The notes below the pieces were generated by a model that was not told where the DNA came from, made no database searches, and saw only the letters and a program-made list of their open reading frames with translations. A stretch of 64,000 bases of DNA. Origin: Daphnia carinata. Taxonomy: Eukaryota. The stretch's first letter is position 1; each line of letters opens with the position of its first letter. The translations under genes were made by a program, and so were the position numbers. Positions 12,493 to 24,520 of this stretch are shown here, in pieces. The stretch is from the NCBI RefSeq assembly GCF_022539665.2, contig NC_081334.1:186001-250000 (forward strand), in the 5' to 3' direction.

Positions 12493-14739
12493 CTAAAAAA
12501 TATAAATCAGGCCTCAGCAGGCGCTGGAGCTGGGCAAAACTACGGAGCTCAGTCTGGTGCTGCCCAACAAGAACAGGGTCTCGGTGCTCAAACCTCTGCT
12601 AGCGCCGGAGAGGACAAGGTTATGACGCTCAGAATGGAGCTGCCCAACAGCAAACAAGGCTATAGTGCTCAAGCCGCAGCTGGACAAAATTACGGTTCAC
12701 AAAACGGAGGTGCCCAAAAGCAGCATGGGTACGGCTCATCCACCACTTAGCAGAAACCAACGAATACATACAACAGCAACGGCAACGGAAACGGACCGTC
12801 CACATCTGCCTCATCCAACGCACAGGAGGTACTGAAGTAGTCACTTTCTTGATTTAGCGAACACTCAATAACATCTACCGAAATTCTATTAAACAGAAAC
12901 CCCTATGCCATTTGAGTATGCCTGGGCCGTCAAGGATGAGCCAACCAAGAACGACTACGCTCGTGAAACTAAGTGCGACGGCAAAATTGTGACTGGATCT
13001 TACCGCGTTGCCTTGCCCGATGGCCGCATTCAAATTGTTTCCTATCGGGGTGATGAAAACTGCTACGTCGCTGGTGTCATGTACGAAGGTGAGGCCCAGT
13101 ATCCCGCACCATCCACCTGCAACGGCAATTACGAAAATAGCAATGGCTTTGGGAATAGAGGCAGCAACTATGGCAGTGCCAAGCCGATTTCCAACAATAA
13201 ATCGAATATTTCATATTAAAATTTATAAAATTATTGATTTATATATTGAAATAATGATAACTATTTCCGTTTGGCTTGCGATTAGATTCAAATAAATCTA
13301 ATACATTTTAAGAAAAAGATAATAATGTTTATTCATTTTTATGTTCACCTGTAATTATGATTTTGCATGAATCATTCAAAATTGGGTATTCGATTGCCTC
13401 CGAAAGCTTTCATAGCATTCCTTTCAAATACTTATTTTACACAGTCTATAATCGAATAAAAAATCTTTATATTCATAGGTAAATTACGAACAACGTCCAT
13501 CTTCCAATATCGGTGTATTTCTTACTAAATATCGTTCATGAAAGGTCTAGAATCAAGTTAGATAAATCACGCAATATTACCTCAGAGGTAGGAAAACAAA
13601 GCAGAATGAAGATTTCAGAAAACAAATTCATAGGGTGCTCTGTTTACCCACGATGACGTCAATTTTTAACGCGAGCATGCATCACCCGTTTTTACCTTTT
13701 CTCACGCACAAAGAGGTCTTGGCCATTCAAACATGGTACCTTTAAGAATGAAAATGATGCCTGAGAGATTGATCAGTACTCTCGATGCAAAGCTTCTCGT
13801 GAAAAGGTTGTAGCCATATGAAATGAGGTTAATACGTGAACAGATTCTTTGGTGTCATGAAGAACCCAATTTCCTGAAATCACTGACTTTCTCCTCGCAA
13901 CGTATGAGACTTGCAAAAAAAAGAACGCTAAATGTCCGATGCAATTTACCTACACCACTCCTTTTGTTGCACGGTAGATTTCCGACCTTCATGCGTCTTG
14001 CGGCAAATTGACCGTAATACTAGGTCATATACGGAAGCCTTGTTTTGATGAAAGTGAAAGGGCGAGATGGAACGGGAGGATGAACGAAAAGGTACCAACA
14101 TCCTCCCGACATGTGCGCGCCCCAATATGCTGCGCGCCACACATGGTCGTCAGGTGCCCAACGTGTTTTGAACGAGATGGCATGAGAAAAAAACGAACAT
14201 TTGATTGCTTTCATGCCTGTGTGGACGCAAGCTTCTTTTATGAAGAAGTGCTCGCAACAGATTAATATATCATTTGCTTTCCGGAACAAGATGAACAAGG
14301 TAGGAAAAGTTTTACTGAGCTACGTGCAGAAAAGCTGCCTTCTATTGTAACATCACTTTCAATTTAGTCTTCAACTGTATTTTGCTCGTTTGTTTTTTAA
14401 TATTCAACTTACATACATATTTGTTTTGGTTTTTTTTCTTTTTTCTTTCAAACATTACATTATTTTAGCTGCTTTGGTGCCGTGGCTATGGTAGCAGAGT
14501 TATGGCGGCCAAGCTGGGCAGCAACAGCAGAAACAGGCATACGGAGCTCATTCCGGAGCGGCTCAACAAGATTATGGTGCTCAAGTATCTGCTAGCGCTG
14601 GAGCTGGACAGGGTTATGGTGCTCAAAATGGAGCTGCCCAACAGCAACAAAGCTATGGTTCTCAGGTATCAGCAGGCGCCGGAGCTGGACAAAACTATGG
14701 AGCTCATTCTGGTGCCACCCAACAACAACAGGGTTATGG
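12493..14739 (+). repeat. Left arm of a large inverted duplication (partner 26429-29547)
   Basis: Collinear reverse-complement similarity through the cuticle exons and the intergenic DNA. Confidence 0.9.
12511..13219 (+). pseudogene. Pro-resilin-like cuticular protein (G/Q-rich repeats + Rebers-Riddiford chitin-binding domain), copy 1
   Basis: YGAQ/QQQQGY repeat exon (frameshifted), intron ~12829-12896, then MPFEYAWAVKD..GSYRVALPDGRIQIVSYRGDENCY..YEGEAQY. Confidence 0.85.
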
Positions 14740-15290
14740 CGCTCAAGCTTACGGTTTACAAAACGGAGGTGCCCAGCAGCAACAAGGTTACGGCGCATCC
14801 AGCATTCCCCAGAAACCAACGAATACTTACAACAGCAATGGAAACGGAAACAAACCTTCCGCATCTGCTTCATCCTATGAACAGGAGGTATTGATGCAAC
14901 ACCATTCTTAACTTAACTGCGAGAATGTTTTCTAACATCTATCGAAATTCTATTAAACAGCAACCCCCGATGCCATACGAATTCGCTTGGGCCGTCAAGA
15001 ATGAGCCAACCGAGAACGACTACGCTCATGAAGCCAAGAGCGATAGCAAAGTTGTGATCGGATCTTACCACGTTCTCTTCCCGGTGGCCCCACTCAGATC
15101 GTTTCTTGCCGAGCCGATGAGAACGGCTACGTCGCTAATGCCAAGTATGAAGGTGAGGCCCAGTTCCCCGCACCGTCCAACGGTAACGGGAACTACGGGA
15201 ACGGCAATGGCTCTGGAAATGGAAGTAAAAACTATGGAAATGGTAATAACAGCGGCAACAACAATTACGGAAGCGGCAATGATCGAGTGA
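14469..15290 (+). pseudogene. Pro-resilin-like cuticular protein, copy 2
   Basis: Same exon/intron layout and PMPYEFAWAVK..GSYHV..ADENGYVA..YEGEAQ. Frameshifts in both exons. Confidence 0.85.
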
Positions 15291-16189
15291 ACAGCAACAA
15301 GCCATCATATTAATGTTTTTCAAATTCATTGATTTCGGCTTCTACAAATTTTATAAGAATCTTAACGATATTGTGCGCAGCCAATTGAAAAGAAATAAAC
15401 CTATTCAAGTAAATGAAGGCATTCGAAGTTAATTACAATCCAAAAAGCTTTCCTGTATTCCCATCACGTCCCCATGTTTTTCTCATTGGAAAGTAAAAAG
15501 GGGTGTACTGATTTGATGTAATACTGATTATGCATGACAAAACCATGGGCGGTACTGTGGTATAAACTCACTTCCATAAAATGCACTGCCAACATAGCCA
15601 CTCAAGAGAAAATGAATCATTACTTCGACCACGGTTAATTGTGACACAATGTTTTCACGCGGCAAAGTCTAAGTGATCAGAATTGATGAGGTAATCTTGT
15701 TTTTGGACAGGAGGTAGGCAATGTTTGAAATGCTTTTTCACGTGCTGTCCACAATATTATTCTTGTTTTTTCCTTAACGCCAATCGTTCTTTATGTCCCG
15801 TACGTTTATTATCTAATTATCAATAAACGCCATTAGGACATCCCCTGGAAAATCCGTTCTGCTGATTTGAAATCTGTTTTGAACTGATAATCTGTTAAAG
15901 AGAATTAATATATCAGAAAAGTATTTCAGGCATCACAAAACTTTGCAAAATTCCGGGAAAATGTTTTGGTTTAACTATCTAACTGACAAGAGCAGTATGC
16001 ACTATCTATACTCTATAAAAAAACAAGGAAATTGGAGGTGGAGCCTGTGTCTGTGACTTTGTGCTTTTGTTTTGATTGGCTGGCGTCAAAACCGCCGCCG
16101 GCTGCTGTGATTGGCTGGCGCCAAAACCGTCGTCTGCTACAGTGAATTGGTGGGATGGGGTTTTGGAAAACTAAACTGCAGGTGGAATT

Positions 16190-16810
16190 TTTCAATCTAC
16201 GGGCTTTGCGTAAACGGGTGGGCAACGGCACGTAAGCTGACGGGCAGGGCATTTTATTATTATTATTCTAATTAATTTTTAATTAATTTTATTTTATTTT
16301 ATTAGTTTTATTTATTATTTTTATTGGCCACTACGGCAGGCGTTTTGGCGGGCAGAGAGGAGGGTCGTTGGGCAACAACGGCGAGTTCTGTGAATTGTGA
16401 ATTGGCGAGCAAAATGGGTTGACGGGCAGAGGCAAAAAGTGAGTGGACAGGCAACTAAATGGGCCGTTTGAGGGGCAGAGACTGTACAATAGGTCGGATA
16501 AATGCAATTTTTTAGTCTACGGGCTTGGCTTAAAACGAGTGGGCGCTACAGTACGTAAGTCGACGGGCAACCACAGCAGGTTTTTTTGGTGGGCAAAGGG
16601 GGTTGACGGGCATGAACTATTCGAGAAAAGACGGGCAGAGGGAAAAAGTGGTTGGACGGCAACTACAGCGGGCGTTTTCTGGGCTGGGACTGCGAGGGAA
16701 AAACGGGCAAAAGCAAATGAAAAAGTCAATGGGCCACTACAGCAGGCGTTTTGGCGGGCAGCGAGTGGGGTGACGGGCAGAGAGGGGATCCACGGGCAGC
16801 GAGTGGGCTG
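16190..16810. repeat. Degenerate internal repeats (GACGGGCA motif; duplicated 30-50-nt blocks)
   Basis: TCTACGGGCTT..ACGTAAG..GACGGGCA at ~16196 and ~16517. GGCCACTAC(G/A)GCAGGCGTTTTGGCGGGCAG at ~16326 and ~16732. Confidence 0.55.
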
Positions 16811-17689
16811 AGGTGTGTATATTTTGAAGAACATTAACGTTTCGTCCACAAAGTAGTTTAATTTTGTAAAACCCGTTTAGAACATTGTCATATCCATTTC
16901 ATTTTTTCTCATATGAATTTCATTTGACAGTTTGTAAAACAATATTATTTTTTAGCAAAAAATAAATTTAATTTCAGAACTGTTGCGGATTTTAGACCTG
17001 GTGTTGATCGCATATTTCTTTCTGTCTGAGGAACAACGACAGGAATTTGAAAATAGCGGGGTTCCCGCTGTTACCCCGAAAACCCACCCCGCTGAAAAAA
17101 TCAAATATATTTTCCACCCCGAAAACGACCGCGCTTTCGCGATGCCCCGCGGGTCAAGTTGGAAAAGTACGTTGCCCTGAAACTAAAATTTAAACTACGA
17201 AGACTAAAAAGTAACGTCTTTAAGATGTCAAGACAGGCTTAATTAACGACAAGGAGATTCGAAGCTAAAAAAAGATGTCGTAAGGATGTCCACAGAAAGA
17301 CAAACTCGTGACTTGGGACTAAGATTAGAATAAGATATTCCTAAGACGTCCAAGATCGTACTATCTCAGGACTATCGTTCAAGAGAAAAACGGGATCAAA
17401 AGAAGGTGTCTATACGACTTCTACATAGGGCGAATTTCGAACAACTTTATCAGTGAAGTTAAAGGCAAAAGGCAGGTGTTTTCTACACGTCTGTTGAGTG
17501 TCCTTAAGATGTCTTAAAGACGCCTATACCCGAAAATTTAAGTCGTTTCACTCAGTGAATTTTTAAGGGGTATACACAGCATAAAAAACATCTCATCAGT
17601 TATTGCGCGAAAATGAACAAAAAATCAAAATTAATTGTTTCTTTAATAGGAAAACTGCGAATCTATTCAATGACGCCGAAGTAGGAAAT

Positions 17690-18560
17690 CTTACACCTTA
17701 CACAAAATGTCTTTTATGTCCACAATTGAACGTTAGCAGGCAGCGATGACACAAGATATTCTTGGATTACAGACGAACGACAGCGATCCGTATAGCCATC
17801 TCGTTGGTTTGCATATCTTTTTGCGATTACAACCGCATTATCACGAAGATTTACAAAATCATATATCACAACAACGGAGATGTCTTTAAGAAAAACACAA
17901 CTATCGGCCTCATCATCGGATTTTAAGTGTCCAATTCCTGGAATGTTTACTCGCTTTCCGAGGGGTTTTTACAAGAGTTCGGGTTGACAGAAGAAGATCA
18001 GGATGATAGGGATGCAAAATTTTCAATAGTTGGTCACATTTGGAAAAGTCTATGCGATTTTCTATTTCCCCGTAGCTAACTGCGCCCTAGGGCAAGTTCG
18101 CCAGTTGACACTTCGTTTTTTTGCTGCTGTTTCATCAACATCAAATTCTTCTATTGTTGTAGATAACGATTCTTCAAGATTACTATCACTACCACTACTG
18201 TCTGGTACTTGCAGGAACACTGCCACAGGTGTTGTGGGCCCCTTTTTACCAAAGCAAGGTTATTTTCAGTCTTCAAAAAATTTTATTCAAGATAATGTGC
18301 TTTTACGTCTAATGCAGGTATCCGTTGGATTTGAGTTTCTGCTAGTGTATCAGGGAAAATACCAACTTCAACATCAAGTTGGTAGGAAATCGAACCAACT
18401 TCGACATCTGACTCTGACAAGTCATACGAGTAGTTGCTGTCATCCTCACACAAAAATTGCAAGTATGATACATTTTCCTGATTTCGCCTTCTTTTATTTC
18501 TATCTGTCATTACCCTGATAATTAAAAATGTCAAATCAAAATACAACAATAGAAACACTT
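17690..18560 (-). pseudogene. Internally deleted EnSpm/CACTA-type transposase
   Basis: N-terminal DQLLKILHPYHPDLLLSTRTLVKTP is joined to a C-terminal-like DSCVFLKD..VVI..SSVIQEYLVSSL..LW. The catalytic core is missing. Family recognised from motif memory only. Confidence 0.55.
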
Positions 18561-18769
18561 TTCCTGATATATATAGCCTACCTATAGTGATGGTTTAAGT
18601 TGTTGAATTAACTTCACAAAGTAGCCGAACTAGCGAGTAACGTTTTTCACTTTTATTCTATATTGTAATCAGTCCGAACACGACCAAGAGCACACACTTG
18701 AGCTTACACTCTTTTACGCACTGCAATCTTAACTGGAAGGGGAAAAGGGCAGAGAGCAACATTGCCGGA

Positions 18770-20380
18770 TTAAATCCGAAGAGAAAAGTACATTCTGTTT
18801 GACACAATACAAAAAACAACATCCCCACTCAAACCGCATGTAAAGTTTGAACTCCAATTTGGTATCGCATATCTTGAAATGTTGGTGAGTAGATCAGCTA
18901 ACTGGTTCTTCGTCCCAACGTAATCAATTTTTATGACTCCGGCTTGGTATTGTTGTCGAACATAGTGATACTTGACGTCAATATGTTTCGGACGACGATG
19001 AAACTCAGGGTTGGACATTAGCTTGATAGCGCCTTGATTGTCTGATTTTAGAGTTGTCGGTTCAGTTTGTTCTGAGCCAATGTCGCTAAGCAGTCGGCGC
19101 ATCCATGTCACCTCCTTTGTGGCCTTACACATCGCGATGTATTCAGCTTCAGTAGTTGAAAGTGAAACACACTGCTGTCGCCGGCTTGCCCAAGTAATAG
19201 GCCCTCCATTTAGCAAAAGGATATAGCCAGATGTGGATCTACGCGACACCGTGTCACCGGCATAATCAGAATCAGAATAGGCTAGAAGCGAATGAGGAGA
19301 TCCAGTATTATGATATGAGATTCCGTAATTGGATGTTCCTTTTAAATAAGCTAGGATTCTTCGCACAGCTTTCCAGTGAGCAGGTTTAGGTTGACTACAG
19401 TGTTGTGCAACTTGTCCTACTGCGCATGCGATGTCCGGACGAGTACAAACCATCAAGTACATAATCGTCCCCACTGCTTCACGATAGACTGCAGAACCAT
19501 GATTATGATTTGTGAATGAGTCGGCAGGAACAATCTTAGGGTTGCAGTCCGACATACCAAATCGCTTCAGAACGCGACCAACGTATTGTTCTTGAGACAA
19601 AGTTATGGTCCGATTTAACCGGTCTCGAGTGATCTTGATGCCAATAAAATAGTTTGCTTCTTCGGTTGTTATATCCAGTTGGTCACGTAGGAAACTGACG
19701 ACCTCTGTGAGCTTATTCCTGGAAGAACCGCACAGAAGCCCATCATCAACCCACAAGGCCAAAATTAGACATCCATTTTCATCTTGACGAAAATACACAC
19801 ATGAATCAGCATTGCTGCGAGCGAATCCAAACTTTAGAAGAAGACTGGCAAACTTCAAGTTCCACGTTCTCGAAGCCTGTTTGAGTCCATAAAGACTTTT
19901 CATGAGTCTACACACAGTAGTACTTTGATCTGCTACAATACATCCTTGGGGCTGGTCCATGTAAATTTCCTCAGAAAGGTCACCATGCAGGAACGCTGTT
20001 TTTAGGCCAAGTTGAATGATTTCAAGGTCGAGTGTTGTTGCAGTTGCTAGTATTGTTCGCACTGACTCGTATCGGACGACAGGAGCATACGTCTCATCAT
20101 AGTCGATCCCTTCCTTTTGAGAGTACCCTTTTGCAACTAACCGAGCTTTAAAACGAGTCGCCTTGCCTTCTCCATCGTACTTGATTTTGAACACCCATTT
20201 GTTTTTCACTGTGCGGCGTCCTTCGGGAAGCTTTTCAAGTCGACAAGTCCCATGCTGGTTTAGTGAATCAATTTCTTCCTGCATGGCTTGCTTCCACTCT
20301 TTTGATTGGTGACATGAAATGGCTTCAGCGTACGATTGGGGTTCTTCCATTTCATGAATGAGACGAGCAGGCACTGTCAA
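18770..20380 (-). CDS. Copia RT-RNase H reading frame
   Basis: 536-aa ORF with KARLVAKGYSQ, KSLYGLKQA, LWVDD, YSDSDYAGD and KHIDVKYH. It reads through into the LTR. Confidence 0.9.
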   Translation of the reverse strand: MTVPARLIHEMEEPQSYAEAISCHQSKEWKQAMQEEIDSLNQHGTCRLEKLPEGRRTVKNKWVFKIKYDGEGKATRFKARLVAKGYSQKEGIDYDETYAPVVRYESVRTILATATTLDLEIIQLGLKTAFLHGDLSEEIYMDQPQGCIVADQSTTVCRLMKSLYGLKQASRTWNLKFASLLLKFGFARSNADSCVYFRQDENGCLILALWVDDGLLCGSSRNKLTEVVSFLRDQLDITTEEANYFIGIKITRDRLNRTITLSQEQYVGRVLKRFGMSDCNPKIVPADSFTNHNHGSAVYREAVGTIMYLMVCTRPDIACAVGQVAQHCSQPKPAHWKAVRRILAYLKGTSNYGISYHNTGSPHSLLAYSDSDYAGDTVSRRSTSGYILLLNGGPITWASRRQQCVSLSTTEAEYIAMCKATKEVTWMRRLLSDIGSEQTEPTTLKSDNQGAIKLMSNPEFHRRPKHIDVKYHYVRQQYQAGVIKIDYVGTKNQLADLLTNISRYAIPNWSSNFTCGLSGDVVFCIVSNRMYFSLRI

Positions 20381-20410
20381 GCTTAGAAAATTAGGATCTT
20401 CAATCAGCCT

Positions 20411-21214
20411 TTATGGTTTCTTTCTGATTCTAGGTGATAGTTTGGGTGGTGTAAATCCATGGAATGGATCGGCAATATGCTCTTCGATTACAGGTTGTCG
20501 TTCGGTATTTTGAGCTTCATCACGATCGAGAGTTTCATTGATAGCATTAGAAATGGACTCGGAGGCACGTCCGATGGAAACTGATGCTCCCCCGGCCTCT
20601 CCATTTTTGCTTTCAATGTTACACTCAAAGTAGTTAGTGGATGAAGGGATTATTAAAATAGATTTTGGTTTTTCGAAAGATTCATCGAAGATGACGTCTC
20701 TGGAGATAATTATTTTTCTTGACACTGGATCCCATAGATGAAAAGCTTTTTGTGTCTCAGAGTAGCCGACAAACAGACATTTTAGCCCTTTTCGATCAAA
20801 TTTGAAGCTTTCATCCTTGGGAATATGCATGTAGGCAACTGAACCAAAAATGCGAAGATGAGACAAATTTGGTTTTCGTCCATGCCACCCTTGATATGGA
20901 GTCATGTCTGCCATAGATTTACATAGTACACGATTTTGAAGGTAAACAGCACACGCTGTGGCTTCGGCCCACATTTCTACACCAAATTTTGATGAATGGA
21001 GCATACTTTTTGCCGATTCAATAATTGTGCGGTTGTATCGCTCTGACACACAGTTCTGTTCTGGTGTCTTGGGTGCACTTATCTCATGGCGAATGCCCTT
21101 CTCACTGAGCCAGGCATTGTATTCGTTTCCGATGTATTCTCCACCATTATCGCTGCGGAGTGTGACAACTGAATTTCCCGTTTGATTTGGAACCCCAGCA
21201 ACATAGTTCTTCAA
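20411..21214 (-). CDS. Copia integrase core + SH3-like domain fragment
   Basis: LRSDNGGEY, TPEQN..SER.NRT, FGSVAY, FVGY and SRDVIFDE. Confidence 0.9.
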   Translation of the reverse strand: MKNYVAGVPNQTGNSVVTLRSDNGGEYIGNEYNAWLSEKGIRHEISAPKTPEQNCVSERYNRTIIESAKSMLHSSKFGVEMWAEATACAVYLQNRVLCKSMADMTPYQGWHGRKPNLSHLRIFGSVAYMHIPKDESFKFDRKGLKCLFVGYSETQKAFHLWDPVSRKIIISRDVIFDESFEKPKSILIIPSSTNYFECNIESKNGEAGGASVSIGRASESISNAINETLDRDEAQNTERQPVIEEHIADPFHGFTPPKLSPRIRKKP

Positions 21215-22860
21215 ATGTTTAACACTTTGGATTTCCTTTTGGCAAATTTAACAACTCCATACCTCGTATAGTCGTCTTTGTAAGTGACGAAATACCGCGA
21301 TCCGTTGAGAGATGGGGTTTGCATGGTCCGCAACATCACTGTGAACTAGTTATTGGCCAATTTTAGTGGCTCGATTGCGACCAAGGTTGGGAAAAGGTAG
21401 TCGATGGTGTTTTCCCATGATGCATCCTCACATATTGGTGGTCCATCACATATTGGTGGTACGCTGGAGTTCTTGTGGATGAGGAGACCGTTAGCCATAT
21501 TCATGCTAGCCATTTTCTTGATCGTAACATGGCCAAGTCGTTCGTGCCACGTTTTCAGGGATTTATCACTTGCAACTAATGCATTATCATTGTCTGATAA
21601 TTCTTGTGACGTGATATATATCTGATAAAGTTTCTTTCCGACTCTTTTGCCAACAGCTACTACTTTTTCCTTTTTCACTATATTGACTGAATCATTGTCA
21701 AAACATGCCTGGAATACACGGTCTGTTGCAGCTCCAATGGAGAAAAGAGTCGCTCCTAGACCTGGAACATACAAAACGTCTTGGATGATGCCATCGTTCC
21801 ATACGTCATTAACTCTCGGTCGAATCTTGAGATCTCCAACACCAAGTACAGGGATTCATTTTCTTTTCCAACACCTTTAACATTCCTCACTCCATGTTGG
21901 ACGGAACGAAATGTTGTAAACATAGATATTTGATCAGTCATGTGCTGGCTAGCGCCGGAGTCCGCATACCAGCTTCCTGTGCAGATGATTGATTCGGATG
22001 AATTGAATGCGTACTCATCATCAGAAAATTTTTGATCAGATTTGGTTTGTGTTGCAGACTTGCAGCTAATGCTGTTTCTTCAGTAGCATCACGTTTTCCT
22101 TGCAAGTATGCTTCTTTCCTCCAACAAACTTCTTCACGGTGAGATGATCGAAAGTTTCCTTTTCGACAAAAACCACATTGGCTCTTTTTGGATTCTTTGT
22201 ATTCACTCTTTAAGTTTGCTTGATTCGTATGACTTGCTGGGGTTTGCTACCACTTTTTTTCTTTTTAACAGCAAAGAACGCTGCATCTGATGAATGGTTG
22301 ACGTCAAGGCCAGACATTTTTGAAATATTTTCTTCGCCCTGACGACGAGATGTTAACAAAGCGAGTGTTTTCTTGGTCTCATCTATGTTATTCCATGCTG
22401 ATAAGAATGGTCGATAACTTGGCGGAAGATTCATAGTAACTTTTGTTTTAACTTGACTTTCAGAAACAGCAGAACCTAGATCACTGACAAGCAAGTGTGC
22501 AAGTCATTAGAATTCTCTGACATTTTTCATCAAGAGATGACACAATAAAATTGCGGGCAGTTATATCACGTTGTTTCCAGCTCTTGATTGGGGCGTCTCT
22601 TGCGGTTACAGCTGCAGCGTTGGACTGATCATTGAGAAGTTGAATTGGGATTGGCTTTATATCTGCACCTTCCACAGTATCAATTAGCCCATGGTTCTCT
22701 AGGACCAGTGTCAATTGGAATTTCCAAAACTGAAATTGGTACCGTCGAATTTAGAAATGTGAGAGATTTCCTTTGCAGAAAACGTTCCGGTAGCCATCTT
22801 TGATGTACAACTCTTGGGTTATTTTTCACAGCTTTTTATCTGTATAAGCCGTCGTTAATC

Positions 22861-22874
22861 CTGGGCCCATAACC
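22861..22874 (-). promoter_or_regulatory. Copia PBS (internal tRNAi-Met half-molecule type)
   Basis: GGTTATGGGCCCAG directly after the 5' LTR, with no TGG start. Confidence 0.85.
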
Positions 22875-23149
22875 TGTGAATTAACTTCACAAAGTAGCCG
22901 AACTAGCGAGTAACGTTTTTCACTTTTATTCTAGATTGTAATCAGTCAGAACACGACCAAGAGCACACACTTGAGCTTACACTATTTTACGCACTGCAAT
23001 CTTAACTGGAAGGGGAAAAGGGCAGAGAGCAACATTGCCGGTTAAATCAGAAGAGAAAAGTACATTCTGTTTGACACAATACAAAAAACAACATATGTTC
23101 TGATGTTTAAGCACGTAACAAACAAGTAATCAATTAATAATATTTCAGA

Positions 23150-24520
23150 ATGAAAATATGCTCATAATTCACTTATATCAGACGACATTTTCAAAAGAGA
23201 GTGCTTCAGAAGATGGAAAAAGGAAAGGACTACATTCTTAACTGTGCAATTTCAAGACAAAACTAAGAAAACGAAGTCGTCCCTAGTACCTGGTGTGATG
23301 GTGGATAGTGTTCCCTGCCTTCCAAAAATCACCGATAATTGTCTGAGGGTATTGCAATTTTGAAAATGTCATGGAAACGCTATAATTGCAAAATTCTTTC
23401 AATTCACGGTAAGTTATGTTAGTATATGTACAATTGTTATGTACTAATAAATTTATTTTTTCAATAGATTCTTTTGAAAAAGCCATGAACAAAAAAGATG
23501 GGTCTGACACGTCAGAGTCAGCAAGGATATTTTTGAGCAATTCAAGGACAAATCTCAGATCAGAAGGATGTAGAAGAATACGAAATCAACAGAAAAAAGC
23601 CAAACAGCTCACACAATCCTCGTTACCGACTTCATCCATCTACTTTGACGAAAGACTTAGCAGTGAAGTTGATCCAATTGACATTAGTGATATGTCAATG
23701 AAAGATAGTCGGGATACAAACTTTTTCCTATCATCTGTCGATTCTGAGAATTCTGATTTTGGTACAGAAGAGAGTTGCTTGACTGAAACTATAAATGCTG
23801 GACCGTTTACTGAGCCATTAGCTGCAACAATAGTTTGTCGACCAATGTGTGGTAAAAAAACTTATTTTGTTTTTAAATTATGTCTAATTGGCCATTATCA
23901 TGCTTAGAATCAATCGAAATGTTATCCCTTACAGGAACCATACAGCCAAGAACAAACGATTGTAGCCAAACCTCCCGTGGCCAAAATGGAAATGCATCGG
24001 GCATGATTGAGTCGCAACGATTAATGCTGTCGAGGGATTTAACTTCCCAAGAGACAACTAATCCTCATGTTAAACGAAAAACACCATTGTTGGGTAAGAA
24101 TATTTCAAAAATACATTAACACATAAATGGATTTAGCTGTGGAATCTTACATCTTTATGTTTGCCTGAGAAACGATCGTCTTTTGAGAAACAAGTTCTAA
24201 AACCTTTGCAAGTAAGAAATATTGTTTGCATACCAAAAGTGTTTTATTTAATTCACTATGTTGTTTTGTAGACGAAAACGTTATTTACGAGTGATGGCAA
24301 GGGAATTGGCTGACAGTAAAGCAGAACAACGGGATTTGCGTTGGCTTTTGTTAAGTAAACAATCTTTGGAAAGCACTGAATAATCGCCATCCGGTCTTTC
24401 AAAAACATGTCAGCCTTGCTTTGAAAACGGCGGAAGACTTCCAACATTTCGAAGAAGAATTGTTGAAACCTGACGTCCAGTCGATAGGTTAAAGCAAAGT
24501 ACAGCAAACAAATCGCGATG
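23150..24520 (+). pseudogene. Spliced accessory ORF (TnpA/ORF2-like) of the CACTA remnant
   Basis: Short GT-AG introns and Ser/acidic-rich exons (DSFEKA..SDTSES), divergent from the transposase and inside the subterminal repeats. Confidence 0.4.

Larger units (their letters stand above)
18601..23093 (-). mobile_element. Full-length Ty1/Copia LTR retrotransposon (frameshifted)
   Basis: LTRs 18601-18821 and 22875-23093 (6 differences). PBS GGTTATGGGCCCAG, PPT TGAGTGGGGA, 5-bp TSD TAAGT/TATGT (1 mismatch). Gag from 22797, protease WYADSGAS, GAG-pre-integrase WHERLGH, integrase LRSDNGGEY, RT KARLVAKG/WVDD, RNase H YSDSDYAGD. Confidence 0.97.
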
